Source: Candidatus Stammera capleta
GTDB taxonomy: Bacteria > Pseudomonadota > Gammaproteobacteria > Enterobacterales > Enterobacteriaceae
Reading direction: 5' to 3'
Length of the DNA: 64,000 bases
Assembly (NCBI GenBank): GCA_036689455.1
Contig: CP144828.1
Span: 77,418-141,417, forward strand
In this document: positions 27,191-40,453 of the stretch, one piece after another
Position numbering within the stretch: position 1 is the first letter of the stretch
Layout of the letters: each line of letters begins with the position of its first letter
Notes under the pieces: model-generated
The model's input: only the letters and a program-made list of their open reading frames with translations
What the model was told of the DNA's origin: nothing
The model's database searches: none
Position numbers and translations under genes: made by a program

Positions 27191-27667
27191 TTAAAATGGT
27201 ATATCATCAAAATTTATTGATAAATCTTCTTCCATTTTATTTTCTTGATTGTTTTTTTTATTTAGATTATTATTTTTTGTTTTTATTTTATTTTGTTTTT
27301 TTTTATTATTTAAATTATTTTTATTGCCTAGCATTTGCATAGTTCCGTTAATATTTACTACTATTTCAGTAGTATATCTTTCTATACCTTTTTTGTCTTG
27401 TCATTTTCTAGTTTTTAATGATCCTTCTATATATACTTGAGAACCTTTATGTAGGTATTCTGATGCAATTTCTGCTAATTTACCGAAAAGTACCACTTTG
27501 TGTCATTCTGTTTTTTCTTTTTTTTCTCCTGTGTTTTTATCTTTTCATATTTCTGATGTAGCTATGTTTATATTAGAAACTTTATTTCCATTTGACATAT
27601 ATCTGATTTCTGGATCTTTTCCTAAGTTTCCTATTAATATTACTTTATTAATTCCTTTAGTAGCCAT
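27191..27667 (-). CDS. ssb: Single-stranded DNA-binding protein, 158 aa
   Basis: Fully hand-translated: [23 protein letters not shown]..., ending in the DDIPF tip. The three TGAs (27545-47, 27503-05, 27401-03) fall on the conserved SSB Trp40, Trp54 and Trp88 positions. Confidence 0.95.
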
Positions 27668-27778
27668 ATTGTTTTGATAAATTTAAATGTTAATTATGTT
27701 TATTATAGTTAAGTTTTATTATAAAATAAATATATATGATAAATATATTTATTTTAATTTTATTTAAAAATTATTATA

Positions 27779-29164
27779 TTAATAATATTTATTGTATGAA
27801 TAGTTATCAAATCTTGAAATTTCTCCATTAAATGTTAAATGTATTGTTCCTGTAGGTCCGTTTCTTTGTTTCCCTATTATAATTTCTGCTATACCTTTCA
27901 TGTCTGAGTTATTATTATATAATTCATCTCTATATATAAATATTATTAAATCTGCATCTTGTTCTATTGAACCTGATTCTCTTAAGTCAGAATTTAAAGG
28001 TCTTTTATCTGATCTTTGTTCAGAAGATCTGTTTAATTGAGATAAAGCTATTACAGGTATTTTAAGTTCTTTTGCTAAAAATTTTAATGATCTTGAAATA
28101 TCTGCTATTTCTAATGTTCTGTTATCTGAATATAATGATGATTTCATTAATTGTAAATAATCTACCATTATTAGACTTAATCCATTGTTTTCTTTGTATA
28201 TTTTTCTTGTTCTTGATCTAATATCAGTAGGTGTTAATGTGCATGAATCATCTATAAATATATTTTTTTTTTTTTCTAATATATTGATTGTGCTTGATAT
28301 TCTAGCTCAATCTGTATTAGATAATTTTCCTGTTCTTATTTTAGTTTGATTTACTCTAGATAAAGAAGAAATTATTCTTATAATTATTTGTTCTGAAGGC
28401 ATTTCTAAACTAAATATTAATATAGGTTTTTTTTTTTTCATAGCTACATTTTCACATATATTCATTGCTAATGTGGTTTTACCCATTGATGGTCTTGCAG
28501 CTATTATTATTAGATCTGATTTTTGAAATCCAAATGTTTTTTTATTTAAGTCTATATATCCTGTATCTATACCTGTAATTTCTTTATTTGGTTTTTTATA
28601 TAATTTTTTAATATTTTTTTTTGTATTTTTTAATATATTTATGATATTTTGTGGTCCTTGTTTTTGGTTTAATTTTGTTTCTGAAATTTTAAATATTTTA
28701 GATTCAGCTATATCTATGATTTCTTTGCTGTTTTTACCTTCAGGATTAAAACTTATTAAGATTATTTCATTTGCTATATTAATTATTTTTCTTATAGTTG
28801 ATTTTTCTTTTATTATTTCAGCGTAATAATTAATATTTGTTATATTTGGAATATTTTGAGATATTTTAGCTAAATAATTAAATCCTCCTATAGAAATTAA
28901 TTTTTTGTTTCTTTCTAATGATTCGGATAAAGTAATTAAATCTATAGGTTTATATGTTTCAGATAATTTTTTCATTTCATTAAAAATAATTTGATGTGAT
29001 TTTTGAAAAAAATCATCTTGATTAATTATTTCACATATATCTTCTCATTTTTCATTATCTAACATAAGGCATCCTATTACTGATTGTTCTGCTTCAATTG
29101 AATATGGTGGTATATTTATATTTGTGTTTATTTTATTTAATAATTCATTTTTTTTATTTGTCAT
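27779..29164 (-). CDS. dnaB: Replicative DNA helicase DnaB, 461 aa
   Basis: PPYSIEAEQSVIG at the N-terminus, Walker A ARPSMGKTT, SLEMP, VDYLQLM and IIGKQRNGPTG motifs. Three fragments in one frame. Confidence 0.94.
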
Positions 29165-29273
29165 TTTTTTTTTTGATATTTTTAAAAACCTTTTATTTTT
29201 ATTTTAAATTAATATTTAATATAATGAAACTATATTGATAGTATAAATTTTAATAATTTAAAAGAATATTTAA

Positions 29274-30419
29274 ATGATACCTATTGGTTTATATATACAT
29301 ATTCCTTGATGTAAAAATAAATGTGGTTATTGTAATTTTATAAGTTATAAGTATTTTAATAATGATTTTTTATATAAGAAATATATTTTAAGTCTTATTA
29401 AGGATTTAAAAAATGATTTTTTTTTTAAAAATGATAATAGATTTGTTAATAGTATTTATATTGGTGGGGGGACTCCTAGTTTATTAAGTATTGAAATGTT
29501 ATTTTTATTATTAAATAAAATATTTTATACATTTCCTTGTAGAAAAAATTTAGAAATAACTATTGAATCAAATGTTTTTATTGATGATTTTAAAAAAATT
29601 ATTTTGTACCCTAAAATTGGTATAAATAGAATTTCTTTAGGTGTACAGAGTTTTGATAATAAAGTATTAAATTTTATAAATAGAAAATATTTAATTCAAG
29701 ATATATTACATTTTATTAAAATTATTAACTTATCTGGATATCGTACTTATAATATTGATTTAATATATGGTTTACCTTTTCAAGATGTTGATAGTGTATT
29801 AAATGATTTAAAATATATTATTGATTTAAATGTACCTCATTTATCTTGATATCAATTAGAAGTAAAAAAAAAGTCATATTATTATGATAAATTACCACGT
29901 AATTTACCATCTCAATTTGAGATTGAAAGAATGTATTTTGAAGGTAGAGAATTATTAATTAAAAATGGTTATTTTTCATATGAATTATCTTCTTATGTTA
30001 AAGATAAATCCAATATTTGTGTACATAATGTTAATTACTGAATGTTTGGAGATTATTTTGGTATAGGTTGTAGTTCATATAGTAAAATTACTTTATTAAA
30101 GAATTATAAAGTTTATCGTTTTATAAAAAATATAAATATAAGTAAATATATTTATGGTTATTATTTATATAAAAAAGAATTGTTAATTTTAAATGATATT
30201 ATTATTGAATATTTCATATGTAGATTAAGATTGTTAATACCATTTAATTATTTTGAATTTACTTTATATACAGGTTTATCTGATATACATATACGTAAAT
30301 TGATTTCTTTAGCTATAAATAAAAATTTTTTATTTTTTGATAAAAAAAAAAAAAATTTTTTATTAACTAATTATGGTATTTTGTATTTTGATAAATGTTT
30401 AGAAATTTTTGTTATTTAA
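29274..30419 (+). CDS. hemW: Radical SAM heme chaperone HemW (YggW, HemN-like), 381 aa
   Basis: LYIHIPWCKNKCGYCNF (CxxxCxxC, with the W encoded by TGA), IGGGTPS, RISLGVQSF, HLSWYQL, and NYWMFGDYFGIGCSS. Confidence 0.85.
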
Positions 30420-30972
30420 TTTTTTTAAATAAATAATATTTTATTGTTTGTGTTTTATGTTTTTTAAGTTTTATTCAGTTTTTAGGTGTTTTAATAATTG
30501 ATTTATTATGTGTTTCTATATATATAAATGAATTTTTTTTAATTAAATTATTTTTTTCTAAAATATAAGTTACTATATCAATGTAGTAACTTTTATAAGG
30601 TGGATCTATAAATATAATATCAAAATTTTTATTTTTTTTTTTTTTTAATCAAACAATTGAGTTAATATTTATTATTTTATATTTTTTTTTACTTATTTTG
30701 TTGAAATTTTGTTTTATATTTATTACAGTCTTATAATTTTTTTCTAATATTGTTACATGTTTGGCTCCTCTTGATATAGATTCAAAACTTAATACTCCAC
30801 TACCAGAAAAACAATCTAAACATATTTTATTTTTAATATACGGATTTAGTCAATTAAATAATCTTTCTCTTATTATATTTAAAGTTGGTTTATTATATTT
30901 GTTTTTATTTAATTTAATTTTAATTCCTTTATATTTACCTGATATTATTTTGATATAATTTTTATTTTTCAT
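30412..30972 (-). CDS. rsmD: 16S rRNA m2G966 methyltransferase RsmD, 186 aa
   Basis: Hand-translated, and absent from the ORF track because of 3 TGAs. Motifs: RERLFNWL, CLDCFSGSGVLSFESISRGA and FIDPPY. Divergent from rpoH, where E. coli has rsmD/ftsYEX-rpoH. Confidence 0.85.
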
Positions 30973-31132
30973 AATTGTTTATTTTGTATTTTTTAAAAAT
31001 CTAAATTTTATATAATTTTAATGTTTATTTTTTTTTAAAAATATGTTTTTTATATATATCAGTTATTTTATTATTAATATAATAATATTAGTTTAATAGT
31101 ATTTTAAAAAAAATATGTGGTAATTAATTTTT

Positions 31133-31987
31133 ATGATATATAATATTTCTAATTCTAAAATGTTTAATTTATGTGGTTTAAATTCTTATATATTTAAAGT
31201 TAATTCTTATCCTTTATTATCTTTAAAAAAAGAACATCAATTAGTTGGTAGATTTTATTATAATGGTGATATTATTGCTGCAAAAAAACTTATTTTTTTT
31301 CATTTACGTTTTGTTATTTACATTGCTAGAAATTATTCTGGATATGGTTTACCTTATGCTGATTTAATACAGGAAGGTAATATTGGTTTATTAAAAGCTA
31401 TTAAAAAATTCAATCCTTTTTTTGGTGTTAGAATAATATCTTTTGCTATATATTGAATTAAAGCTGAAATAAATGAGTTTATATTAAAAAATTGGAAAAT
31501 AGTTAAAATTGCTACTACTAAATCTCATCGTAAATTATTTTTTAATTTAAGAAAAATTAAAAAACAAATTGGTTGATTTAGTAATGGTGAAGTTAGATAT
31601 ATAGCAAAAAAGTTTTGTGTTTCTAAAAATGATGTTCGTGAAATGGAATCTAGAATGTTTTCTAAAGATGTTGTTGTTAATTTTCCGGATGAATATGCTT
31701 ATTATTATAAGTCTTTTTTATCTTTTTTAAAATTAAATAAAATTTATGATTTTACTTATATTTTAGAAAAAGATAATTGAAATAAATATATTTTTAAAAA
31801 ATTAAAAATAGCATTAAGTTTTTTAGATAAACGAAGTAGATATATTATTATTTCTAGATGATTAATAAATAGAAAAAAATTTACGTTAAGAAAATTAGCT
31901 ATTCGTTTTAGTGTTTCTACAGAAAGAATACGTCAGTTAGAAAAGAATGCTTTAATAAAATTAAAAACAATTTTAAAAAATAATTAG
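31133..31987 (+). CDS. rpoH: Heat-shock sigma factor RpoH (sigma-32), 284 aa
   Basis: [19 protein letters not shown] (region 2), the RpoH-box-like segment [18 protein letters not shown], and C-terminal region 4.2 [11 protein letters not shown]. Same length as E. coli RpoH. Confidence 0.92.
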
Positions 31988-32039
31988 TTTTTATTATGAT
32001 ATTATTATATATATTCAAATAATTATTTATAGGATATTT

Positions 32040-32573
32040 GTGACTACTATACTTAGTGTAAGAAAAAAAAATTTAGTTGTTATGGGTGGGGATGGACAGG
32101 CTACTTTTGGTGATACTATTATTAAAAGTAATGTTCAAAAGGTTCGTAAATTATATTTTAATAAAATTCTTGCTGGTTTTGCAGGTGGAACAGCTGATGC
32201 TTTTACTTTATTTGAATGTTTTGAGAAAAAATTAGAAATGTATCAAGGTCATGTTATAAAATCTGCTGTTGAATTAGCTAAAGATTGAAGAACTGATCGT
32301 AATTTAAGAAGGTTAGAAGCGTTATTAGCAATAACTGATGTTAAATATTCTTTAATTATTACAGGTAGTGGTGATATAATTCAACCAGAAAATAATTTAA
32401 TAGCTATTGGTAGCGGTGGTGCATATGCCAGAGCTTCAGCAAAAGCTCTATTGGATAATACTGATTTAGATGCTCGTTGTATAGTAAAAAAGTCTTTATC
32501 TATATCTTCAGATATATGTTTATATACTAATCATAGTTTTACTATAGAAGAATTGTTTTGTGAAAATGATTAA
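32040..32573 (+). CDS. hslV: HslV peptidase, 177 aa, GTG start
   Basis: MTTILSVRK with the catalytic Thr2, and GDGQATFG...[15 protein letters not shown] nearly identical to E. coli. LAKD-W-RTDR is read through a TGA. Confidence 0.96.
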
Positions 32574-32593
32574 TTTTTATTAGGTATAATATA

Positions 32594-33931
32594 ATGTATA
32601 ATGAAATGACTCCGCAAGAAATTGTAAGTGAATTAAATAAATTTATTATTGGTCAAGATAATGCTAAAAAAGCTGTTGCTATTGCTTTAAGAAATAGATG
32701 GCGCAGGATTCAATTAGATGAGGATTTTCGTAACGAAATTACTCCTAAAAATATTTTAATGATAGGTCCTACTGGTGTGGGTAAAACTGAAATAGCACGT
32801 AGACTAGCTAAATTAAGCAATTCTCCTTTTATTAAAGTAGAAGCCACTAAATTTACTGAAGTTGGCTATGTAGGAAAAGAGGTAGATTCTATAATTAGAG
32901 ATTTAGTTGATTATGCTGTTAAAATGATTAAGGTTAAAATAGTAAAAACTAATATTTATAAAGCTAAAAAATTAGCAGAAAATCGTATATTAGATGTTTT
33001 GTTACCTAACATTAATAAAAATCTAAGTACTAATAAAGATAGTTTATGTCAATATAAAAATATGCGTAATTCTTTATTATCTGAATTAAGAAATGGAAAA
33101 TTAGATAATAGAAGTATAGATATTAATATATCTGTTTCGTCTTTTGGAATAGAAATTATGTCTCCTCCAGGAATGGAAGAAATGACTAATCAATTACAAT
33201 CTATATTTCAAAATTTAGGTGGTAATAGAAAAAGATTGCGTAAATTGAAAATTAAGGATGCAATGAATTTATTGATTGAAGAAGAATCTGCTAAATTAAT
33301 CAATATAGATGATTTAAAACGTAAAGCTATAGATTTAGTAGAACAACAAGGTATAGTATTTATTGATGAAATTGATAAAGTATGTAAAAGAGGTGAATCA
33401 ATAGATGCAGGTATATCTAGAGAAGGTGTGCAAAGAGATTTATTACCTTTAGTTGAGGGTTGTACTGTATCTACTAAGTATGGTGTTGTTAAAACTGATT
33501 TTATATTATTTATAGCATCTGGTGCATTTCAAGTGTGCAATCCATCAGATTTAATACCTGAATTACAAGGAAGATTACCTATTAAGGTAGAATTAAAAGC
33601 TTTAACTTCAGAAGATTTTAAAAGAATATTAATAGAACCTAATATTTCTATTACTTCTCAGTATCAAAAATTATTAAGTGTTGAAGGTGTAGAAATTATT
33701 TTTACTGATAATGGTATAAAATGTTTAGCTGATATTGCATGAAAAATTAATGAAACAACAGAAAACATAGGTGCTAGAAGATTACATACTGTATTAGAAA
33801 AATTAATGGAAGATATTTCATATTCAGCTACAGAATATATTGGTAAATCTATTCATATTAATTCTAAATATGTTAAATCTAAATTAAAAAAATTAGTTGT
33901 TAATGAAGATTTAAGTAAATTTATATTATAA
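32594..33931 (+). CDS. hslU: HslU AAA+ unfoldase, 445 aa
   Basis: [16 protein letters not shown], Walker [26 protein letters not shown], and the C-terminal [11 protein letters not shown] after a TGA. Confidence 0.96.
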
Positions 33932-33948
33932 TTTATTGAAAATAAAAA

Positions 33949-34758
33949 TTATATTTGACATTTTTTACAGAAATATAAGCTTCTACCATATTTTTTTTTT
34001 TTTTTGATTTTACTTTTACATATAATACAAGGTTGATTTAATTTTCTGTATACTGTTAAAAAATTTTTAAAAAAACCATAATTTAGATTTATATTTTTAT
34101 GATTTCTAATTAATGTTCCTTGATAAAATAAAGATTTTTTTAATATTTTTTTAATATTTAAAACTATTCTTTTAATTTCATTTAAATGTAAAGAATTTGA
34201 TTTTCTGTATGGTTTAATTTTAGAAATAAATAATATTTCATTTGAATATATATTTCCTATTCCAGATACAATTTTATTATCCATAATTAAATTATGGATA
34301 CAGGATTTTCTTTTTTTAATTTTTTTATATAGATATTTTCAATTAAATTTTTTAGTTAATGGTTCTGGACCTAATTTTTTTATAATTTTTTGAATTTTTT
34401 TTGTAGATTTATATAATAATATGTACCCAAATTTTCTTGGATCATTATATTTTATGATTTTTTTATTTTCTAATATTATTTTTATGTGATCATTTTTTTG
34501 TAGAATATTTTTTTTAGTAATTAATATATTTCCTGATATACCTAAATGAATTAATAAATATAGTTTATAAATTTTAATTATTAAATATTTTGAATATCTA
34601 TTAATTTTTGTTATTTTTTTGTTTTTTATTCTTTTTATTATTTTAGGGATTTTGTATCTTAATTTTTTTGTGTATATTTCAATTTTAATTATTTTTTTGT
34701 TTAAGCAAAAATTAATTAAATTTTTTTTAATTATTTCTATTTCTGGTAATTCTGGCAT
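33949..34758 (-). CDS. mutM: Formamidopyrimidine-DNA glycosylase, 269 aa
   Basis: N-terminal MPELPEIE with catalytic Pro2/Glu3, H2TH region GIGNIYSNEILF, and a C-terminal zinc finger CxxC...CxxC. Two fragments in one frame. Confidence 0.92.
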
Positions 34759-34851
34759 TTTTAAAAAAAAATATAATTTAAGTTAATTTGTAATATAATA
34801 TTTATATTAACATTTATTTATATTTTTTTATGAAATATTATTTTTATTATT

Positions 34852-35124
34852 ATGAATATAAAATTTTGAAATAAAAAAATAGCTATGAAGTTAGCTTTTA
34901 AAGAAGGTATTAAATTAAGTTATATACATTGAAAAATAATTTATTATTTTAGGTTTTTTTATTTTGAATATGGAAATATTCCAAATATAAGGAGTTTACT
35001 TAATTATCTTAATAAATATAATAATAAATATGATAGTATATTATTGTATAATTTATTTCCTAAAGGTTTAATTAAACAAGTTAGTAAAATTGCATGTTTA
35101 CCTTTATCTGTACAATGTTTTTAA
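34852..35124 (+). CDS. tusE: Sulfurtransferase TusE (DsrC family), 90 aa; not in the ORF track
   Basis: Hand-translated codon by codon. LYNLFPKGLIKQVSKIACLPLSVQCF matches E. coli [26 protein letters not shown], including the active Cys. Both TGAs (34867-69, 34930-32) align with E. coli Trp residues. Confidence 0.85.
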
Positions 35125-36995
35125 TCATTAAAATCTATATCTATTTTAAATTTGATATTTTTTTTAATTTTTTTATTTATGATATTTATAAATTCTATAA
35201 TATTTTTATGTGATTTACTATGTATTAATATTATGTAAATACTAATATTATTTTTAATTATTAATTTTGGTTTAAAAATTTTTATTTTACTTTTTTTATT
35301 TATAAATGATTTAATTTTCTTATATAAATTATATATTTTATGATATTTATAATATTTTATTAAAATTGCTGATTCTTTTATATATGGTGGGTAATTAATA
35401 ACTTTTCTTTCTTTAATTAAATTTAGCATAGTATTTACATAATTATTTTTAATTAAATTATTTCATAAATTATTACATGGATATTTAGTTAATAATATTA
35501 TTTTTATTTTTTGTTTTTTTTTTGAATTAAATTTATTAATTATTGAATAATATTTAATAATAAATTTTTCTATAGATCTATAATTTTCTGAAAAAAGTAT
35601 ATTATCTATATTAGTAAAAATTATTAATTTAATATGTTTAGTTTGTTTATATTTTGATGTATTTTTATTAGTTAGAATAATTTGTTTTGTTTTTAGGTTA
35701 TATAAATATTTATTATTAGATTCATTAATATAATTTTTAAAAAATAAATGATTAATTTTGTCTTTTTTATATTCTTTTTTTTTTTTTATTATATAATTTT
35801 TGTTTTTACATTTAATACAAGTATTTTTTTTTTTTTTTTTTTTACATAATGTACAAATAATTTTATTATTTTTTTTATAAAAAGTGTAATTTATATTACA
35901 GTTATTACATTTTGAAATTAATTTACAATTATAACATATAATTTTAAATGAATATTTTATTCAATTATTATAAATTAATACTTTTTTTTTTTTTTTAGTA
36001 TTTTTTTTTATTTCATTAATTAAATAATTATAATTTTTATATTTTAATTTATTGCAATTGATATTTAATATTTTATATTTTATGTATATATTTTTTTTAT
36101 AAATTTTATATGTTTCGTATTTTTTTTTTTTGTAATAATATAAACTTTTAATTGATGGTGTGTGTGAACTTAGTATTATAGGTATTTTTTCTATTTTTGC
36201 TCTTAATATAGCTATTTTTTTAGCATTATATAATCAACCTTTATTTTCTTTATATATTTCACTATGTTCATCATCTACAATTATTAAATCTAATTTTTTA
36301 AATGGCATAAATACAGCAGATCTTGTGCCAAAAATTATATTTATTGTGTTATTTTTTACAAAATTTCATATAATATATTTTTGTTTTTTATTTATTTTAG
36401 ATGTAAAAATATAGTTTTTTATTTTTATATATTTATTTATTTTATTTCATATAATATTTAAAGATTTTATTTTTGGACTCAAAATCAATATTTTATATTC
36501 TTTAATTTTTTTATTTTTAATTAAGTTGATATATATATTTATTCTTGTTTTTAAGTTACATATTAATAATATTATTTTAAATTTTTTTTTAATTATATTA
36601 ATTGTATTTTTTGTTTTGTTTTTTTTTTTATAAATATTAATTTTTTTAGTTTTATGTTTTTTTGTAATGTTAGTTATATTTGCTTTTTTCTTTGGTAATA
36701 TTGAAATTAATATTTTACCTAATGGATAATTATAATATATAGAGCATATATTTAATATTTTTCATAAATTTGGTGTTATTAATGTTTCTTTGTCTATTAT
36801 TTTTAATATTTTATGTATTTTAAATTTTTTTTTAAATTTGTATGTTTTATGTATTTTAAATACAATTCCAAGTATTATTCTATTTTTTAATTTTATTATT
36901 ACTCTGCATCCAATATTTATTTTTTTATTTTTATTAATACTGTATAATAAAGTATTTAAGTTTTTTATTGGTAGTATTATTTCTAATATGTACAT
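35121..36995 (-). CDS. priA: Primosomal helicase PriA, about 624 aa
   Basis: The N-terminus (LPIKNLNTLLYS...GCRVIIKL) resembles E. coli PriA, and the N- and C-terminal fragments are in the same frame. Divergent from rpmE as in E. coli. Cys-rich zinc-finger coding around 35780-35960. The interior was not fully checked and holds A20, A15 and A13 tracts. Confidence 0.75.
35824..35843. repeat. 20-nt T (poly-A on the coding strand) homopolymer inside priA
   Basis: Counted directly. Additional runs at 35982-35996 (15 nt) and 35775-35787 (13 nt). Confidence 0.95.
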
Positions 36996-37031
36996 TATTT
37001 TTTTAAATTAAAATTTTGAGAGATAAATGTT

Positions 37032-37250
37032 ATGAAAAAAAAAATACATCCTGAAATATATTTGTTGCATATTAATTGTTCTTGTGGTAATAAAATGAAA
37101 ATTTTTTCAACATTAAAAAAAAAATTTGATATAGATGTATGTTATAAATGTCATGTTTTTTATACTGGTAAGCAAAGAATTTCTTCTTCTAAAGGAAGAA
37201 TAGATAACTTTAGAAAACGTTTTGGTAATATAAATTCTTTAATTTTTTAA
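37032..37250 (+). CDS. rpmE: 50S ribosomal protein L31, 72 aa
   Basis: MKKKIHPEIY..., CSCG and CYKCHVFYTGKQR zinc ribbon. Confidence 0.95.
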   Translation: MKKKIHPEIYLLHINCSCGNKMKIFSTLKKKFDIDVCYKCHVFYTGKQRISSSKGRIDNFRKRFGNINSLIF

Positions 37251-37268
37251 AAAATTGTTATAATTTTA

Positions 37269-37324
37269 AAAATTTATATTTTTAAAAAATATTTAATATT
37301 AATATTTTTTAAAATATAAATTTT
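37269..37324. terminator. Long all-A/T inverted repeat (22 bp stem with one bulge, 11-nt loop) between convergent rpmE and murA; possible bidirectional terminator or protein site
   Basis: Left arm AAAATTTATATTTTTAAAAAATA (37269-37291); right arm TATTTTTTAAAATATAAATTTT (37303-37324). Paired by hand. No U-tract typical of intrinsic terminators. Confidence 0.35.
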
Positions 37325-37337
37325 ACTAAATAAACAT

Positions 37338-38597
37338 TTATATTTTTTTAATTTTTGCTCCTATTGTTTTTAACTTTTTTTCTATATTTTCATATCCTCT
37401 ATTAATGTAATTTACTGAATTTACTATTGTAGTTCCATATGCAATACATCCTGCTAGTACTAAAGTTATAGAACATCTTAAATCTTTTGCATTTACTTCA
37501 GAGCCGAATATTTTTTTTACTCCATTACAAATAATTAAATTTTTTTTATTATTTATTTTTGCTCCCATTTTAATTAATTCTTTTGTATGTGAAAATCTAT
37601 TTTGAAATATATTTTCTTTAATTATACTTTTCCCTTTTGAAATTATATTGATTAATGTAAATATTGGTTGTATATCAGTTGGAAATCCTGGATATGGTAG
37701 TGTTTCGATATTTACTGATTTAGGTCTTTTGTTATTCATATTAACAGTTATAAAATCATTTCCTTTAGAAATTTTTGCTCCACATAATTTTAATTTTTCT
37801 ATTACCGATAATAGTAGATGATAATTTGTGTTATAACATGTTATTTTTTTTTTTGATATAACTGCTGAAATTAAATATGTTCCTGTTTCTATTCTATCTG
37901 GTATAATTTTATAAGTTCCTCCATTTAATTTATTTATACCAATAATTTTTATTTTATTTATTTTATTTGTATATATTTTTGCTCCTATTTTGTTAAGAAA
38001 ATTTATTGTATCTATTATTTCTGGTTCTTGTGCTGCATTTTTAATTACTGTTACTCCTTGTATATATATTGATGTTAATAATATTGTTATTGTTGCTCCA
38101 ACACTAATTTTAGGTAATATAATTTTATTTGGTATAAGTTTTTTGTTTTTTATTTTAGCTTTAATAATATTTTTACTATTTTTTATATGGATTCCTAAAT
38201 GTTTTAGTCCATAAATATGTAAATCTATAGGTCTATTTCCAATTTTACATCCTCCCGGGGTATTTAAAATTATTTTATTAAATCTTGTTATAATTGGACC
38301 TATTAATCATATTGATGCTCTTGTTTTTTTAATTAATTTATTTGTAAATTTTTTATAAAATATATTTTTACAATTTAATAAAATTGTATTTTTTTTTTGT
38401 TTTATTTTGACCCCTATTTGTTTAAATAAGAGTAAAGTAATATTAATATCTTTTAGGTTGGGAATATTTTTAATTTTTATATCTTCATTGGTTAAAAGTG
38501 ATGCAAATAATATTGGTAAGGCTGCGTTTTTCGATCCTGATATTTTAATTTCTCCACTTAAAGGGTTTGGACCATATATTTTGAATTTTTTTTTCAT
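37338..38597 (-). CDS. murA: UDP-N-acetylglucosamine 1-carboxyvinyltransferase, 419 aa
   Basis: GEIKISGSKNAALPILFASLL at the N-terminus and YPGFPTDIQP in the C-terminal part. Same frame, and the same length as E. coli MurA. Confidence 0.93.
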
Positions 38598-38604
38598 TTT
38601 TTTA

Positions 38605-39360
38605 TTAGTTATTTATTTTAATTGATTCAATTATTTTTTTAAATTTATTTATATCAGTAGATGCATTTCCTACAAGTAAACCATTAATATTTTTCTGTGA
38701 TATTATTTCATAAGAATTTTTATAATTTACAGATCCTCCGTATATTATTTTAATGTTACTTATAATATCTTTATTTATTTTTGATATATAATCTAGTATA
38801 AAATTATTAATTTTATTTATATGATTTGTAGTTGCATTTTTACCGGTTCCAATAGCTCATATTGGTTCATAAGCAATAATAGTATTTTCAAGTATATTAA
38901 TATTTGAGTGTTCAATTAAATATTGAATTTGTTTTTTGCATGTGTTAATACTTTTATTTTTTATATATTCTTGTATATTTTCTCCAATACATATTATGGG
39001 GGTTATTTTTTTTTTCTTTGCTATTATAATTTTTTTAAGTATAGTTTTGTTGTTTTCATAATGGTATTTTTTTCTTTCTGAATGTCCTATAATTACATAT
39101 TTTACTTTTATATCTTTTAAATTTTCTCCCGATATTTCTCCAGTGAATGGTCCTGATATGTTGATATCCATATTTTGAGATGTTGTAGTTATGTTAGTGT
39201 TTTTTGTTAATAAATGAGTAAACCATAAATATGGTATTGGAGGTGAGATTGATATGTCTATATTTTTATGATTTAGTTTTTTTAATTTTTTGATGTATTT
39301 CTTTATTTTACTTCTATTACCGTTTAGTTTTCAATTTGCTATAATAACTTTTCTTTTCAT
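38605..39360 (-). CDS. tpiA: Triosephosphate isomerase, 251 aa
   Basis: IIANWKLNG (W = TGA), IIGHSERK, and AYEPIWAIGTG (W = TGA). Both ends traced by hand. Confidence 0.93.
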
Positions 39361-39490
39361 ATTTTTTTTTAAAATTAAATTATTAATAATATATATAATA
39401 TATATTATTTATATATATATACAAAATTAATTGTTTGATTTAATATAATTATATTTATAGTTTCTAAAAGTTTAATTTTATTGTTTTTTT

Positions 39491-40414
39491 ATGAAATGTA
39501 AAACTGCTTTTGTAGATAATATTAATAAATTTTTAAATATTAAAAAAAATGGTATTTATGTAGATTGTACTTTTGGTGAAGGAGGACATTCAATTAATAT
39601 ATTGAATAGTTTAGGTGCAAACGGTAAATTATTTTCTTTTGATTATGATTTAGATTCATGTTGTTTTGGTAAAAATATAAAAGATAGGCGTTTGAATATA
39701 ATAAATGATAATTTTTTAAATATTAAAAAATATATTGTTAATGAATGTTTATTGGGTAAAGTTAATGGTGTAGTTTTCGATTTAGGTATTTCTTATTGTC
39801 AATTGTATAGTCCTGATAGGGGTTTTTCGTTTTTAAGAAATGGTCCATTAGATATGAGAATTAATAAAAATATTGGTAGATCTGCGGCAGATTGAATTAA
39901 TAAAGCAAGTAAGAATGAAATTTTATATGTAATTAGAAAATTTGGTGAAGAATATCGTTATTCTTTTAAAATAGTTAATAAAATTATAGAAAGAAGGTTT
40001 TTTTGTCCTATTAAAACAACTTTTGATTTATCAAATTTAATTGATGCAGTTATAAAAAAAAAAAATAATTATAAATATAAAGCAAGGATATTTCAGGCAA
40101 TACGTATTTTTATTAATGATGAATTAAATGTTTTATTAAAAAGTTTAAATTATGCTTATGATGTTTTATCAAATCAAGGTAGATTAGTTGTAATAAGTTT
40201 TCATTCTTTAGAAGATAGAATAGTAAAAAAATTTATTAGAAATAAATCTAGTATTAGTAGTTTTTTAACTAGTATTCCTTTAACTGATATTCAAATTAAT
40301 AAATTAAATCCTATTAAGATGATAAATTTAGGAAAATTTAAACCTTCTTATAAGGAAATAAATAATAATAATAATATTAGAAGTGCAATTTTAAGAGTTG
40401 CTGAAAAAATTTAA
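39491..40414 (+). CDS. rsmH: 16S rRNA m4C1402 methyltransferase RsmH (MraW), 307 aa
   Basis: YVDCTFGEGGHS, DLGISYCQL, RGFSF...GPLDMR, and SFHSLEDRIVK. First gene of the dcw cluster. Confidence 0.93.
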
Positions 40415-40453
40415 TTATTTATGTTTTTAAATATTTAAGTTTATGAGGTTATA

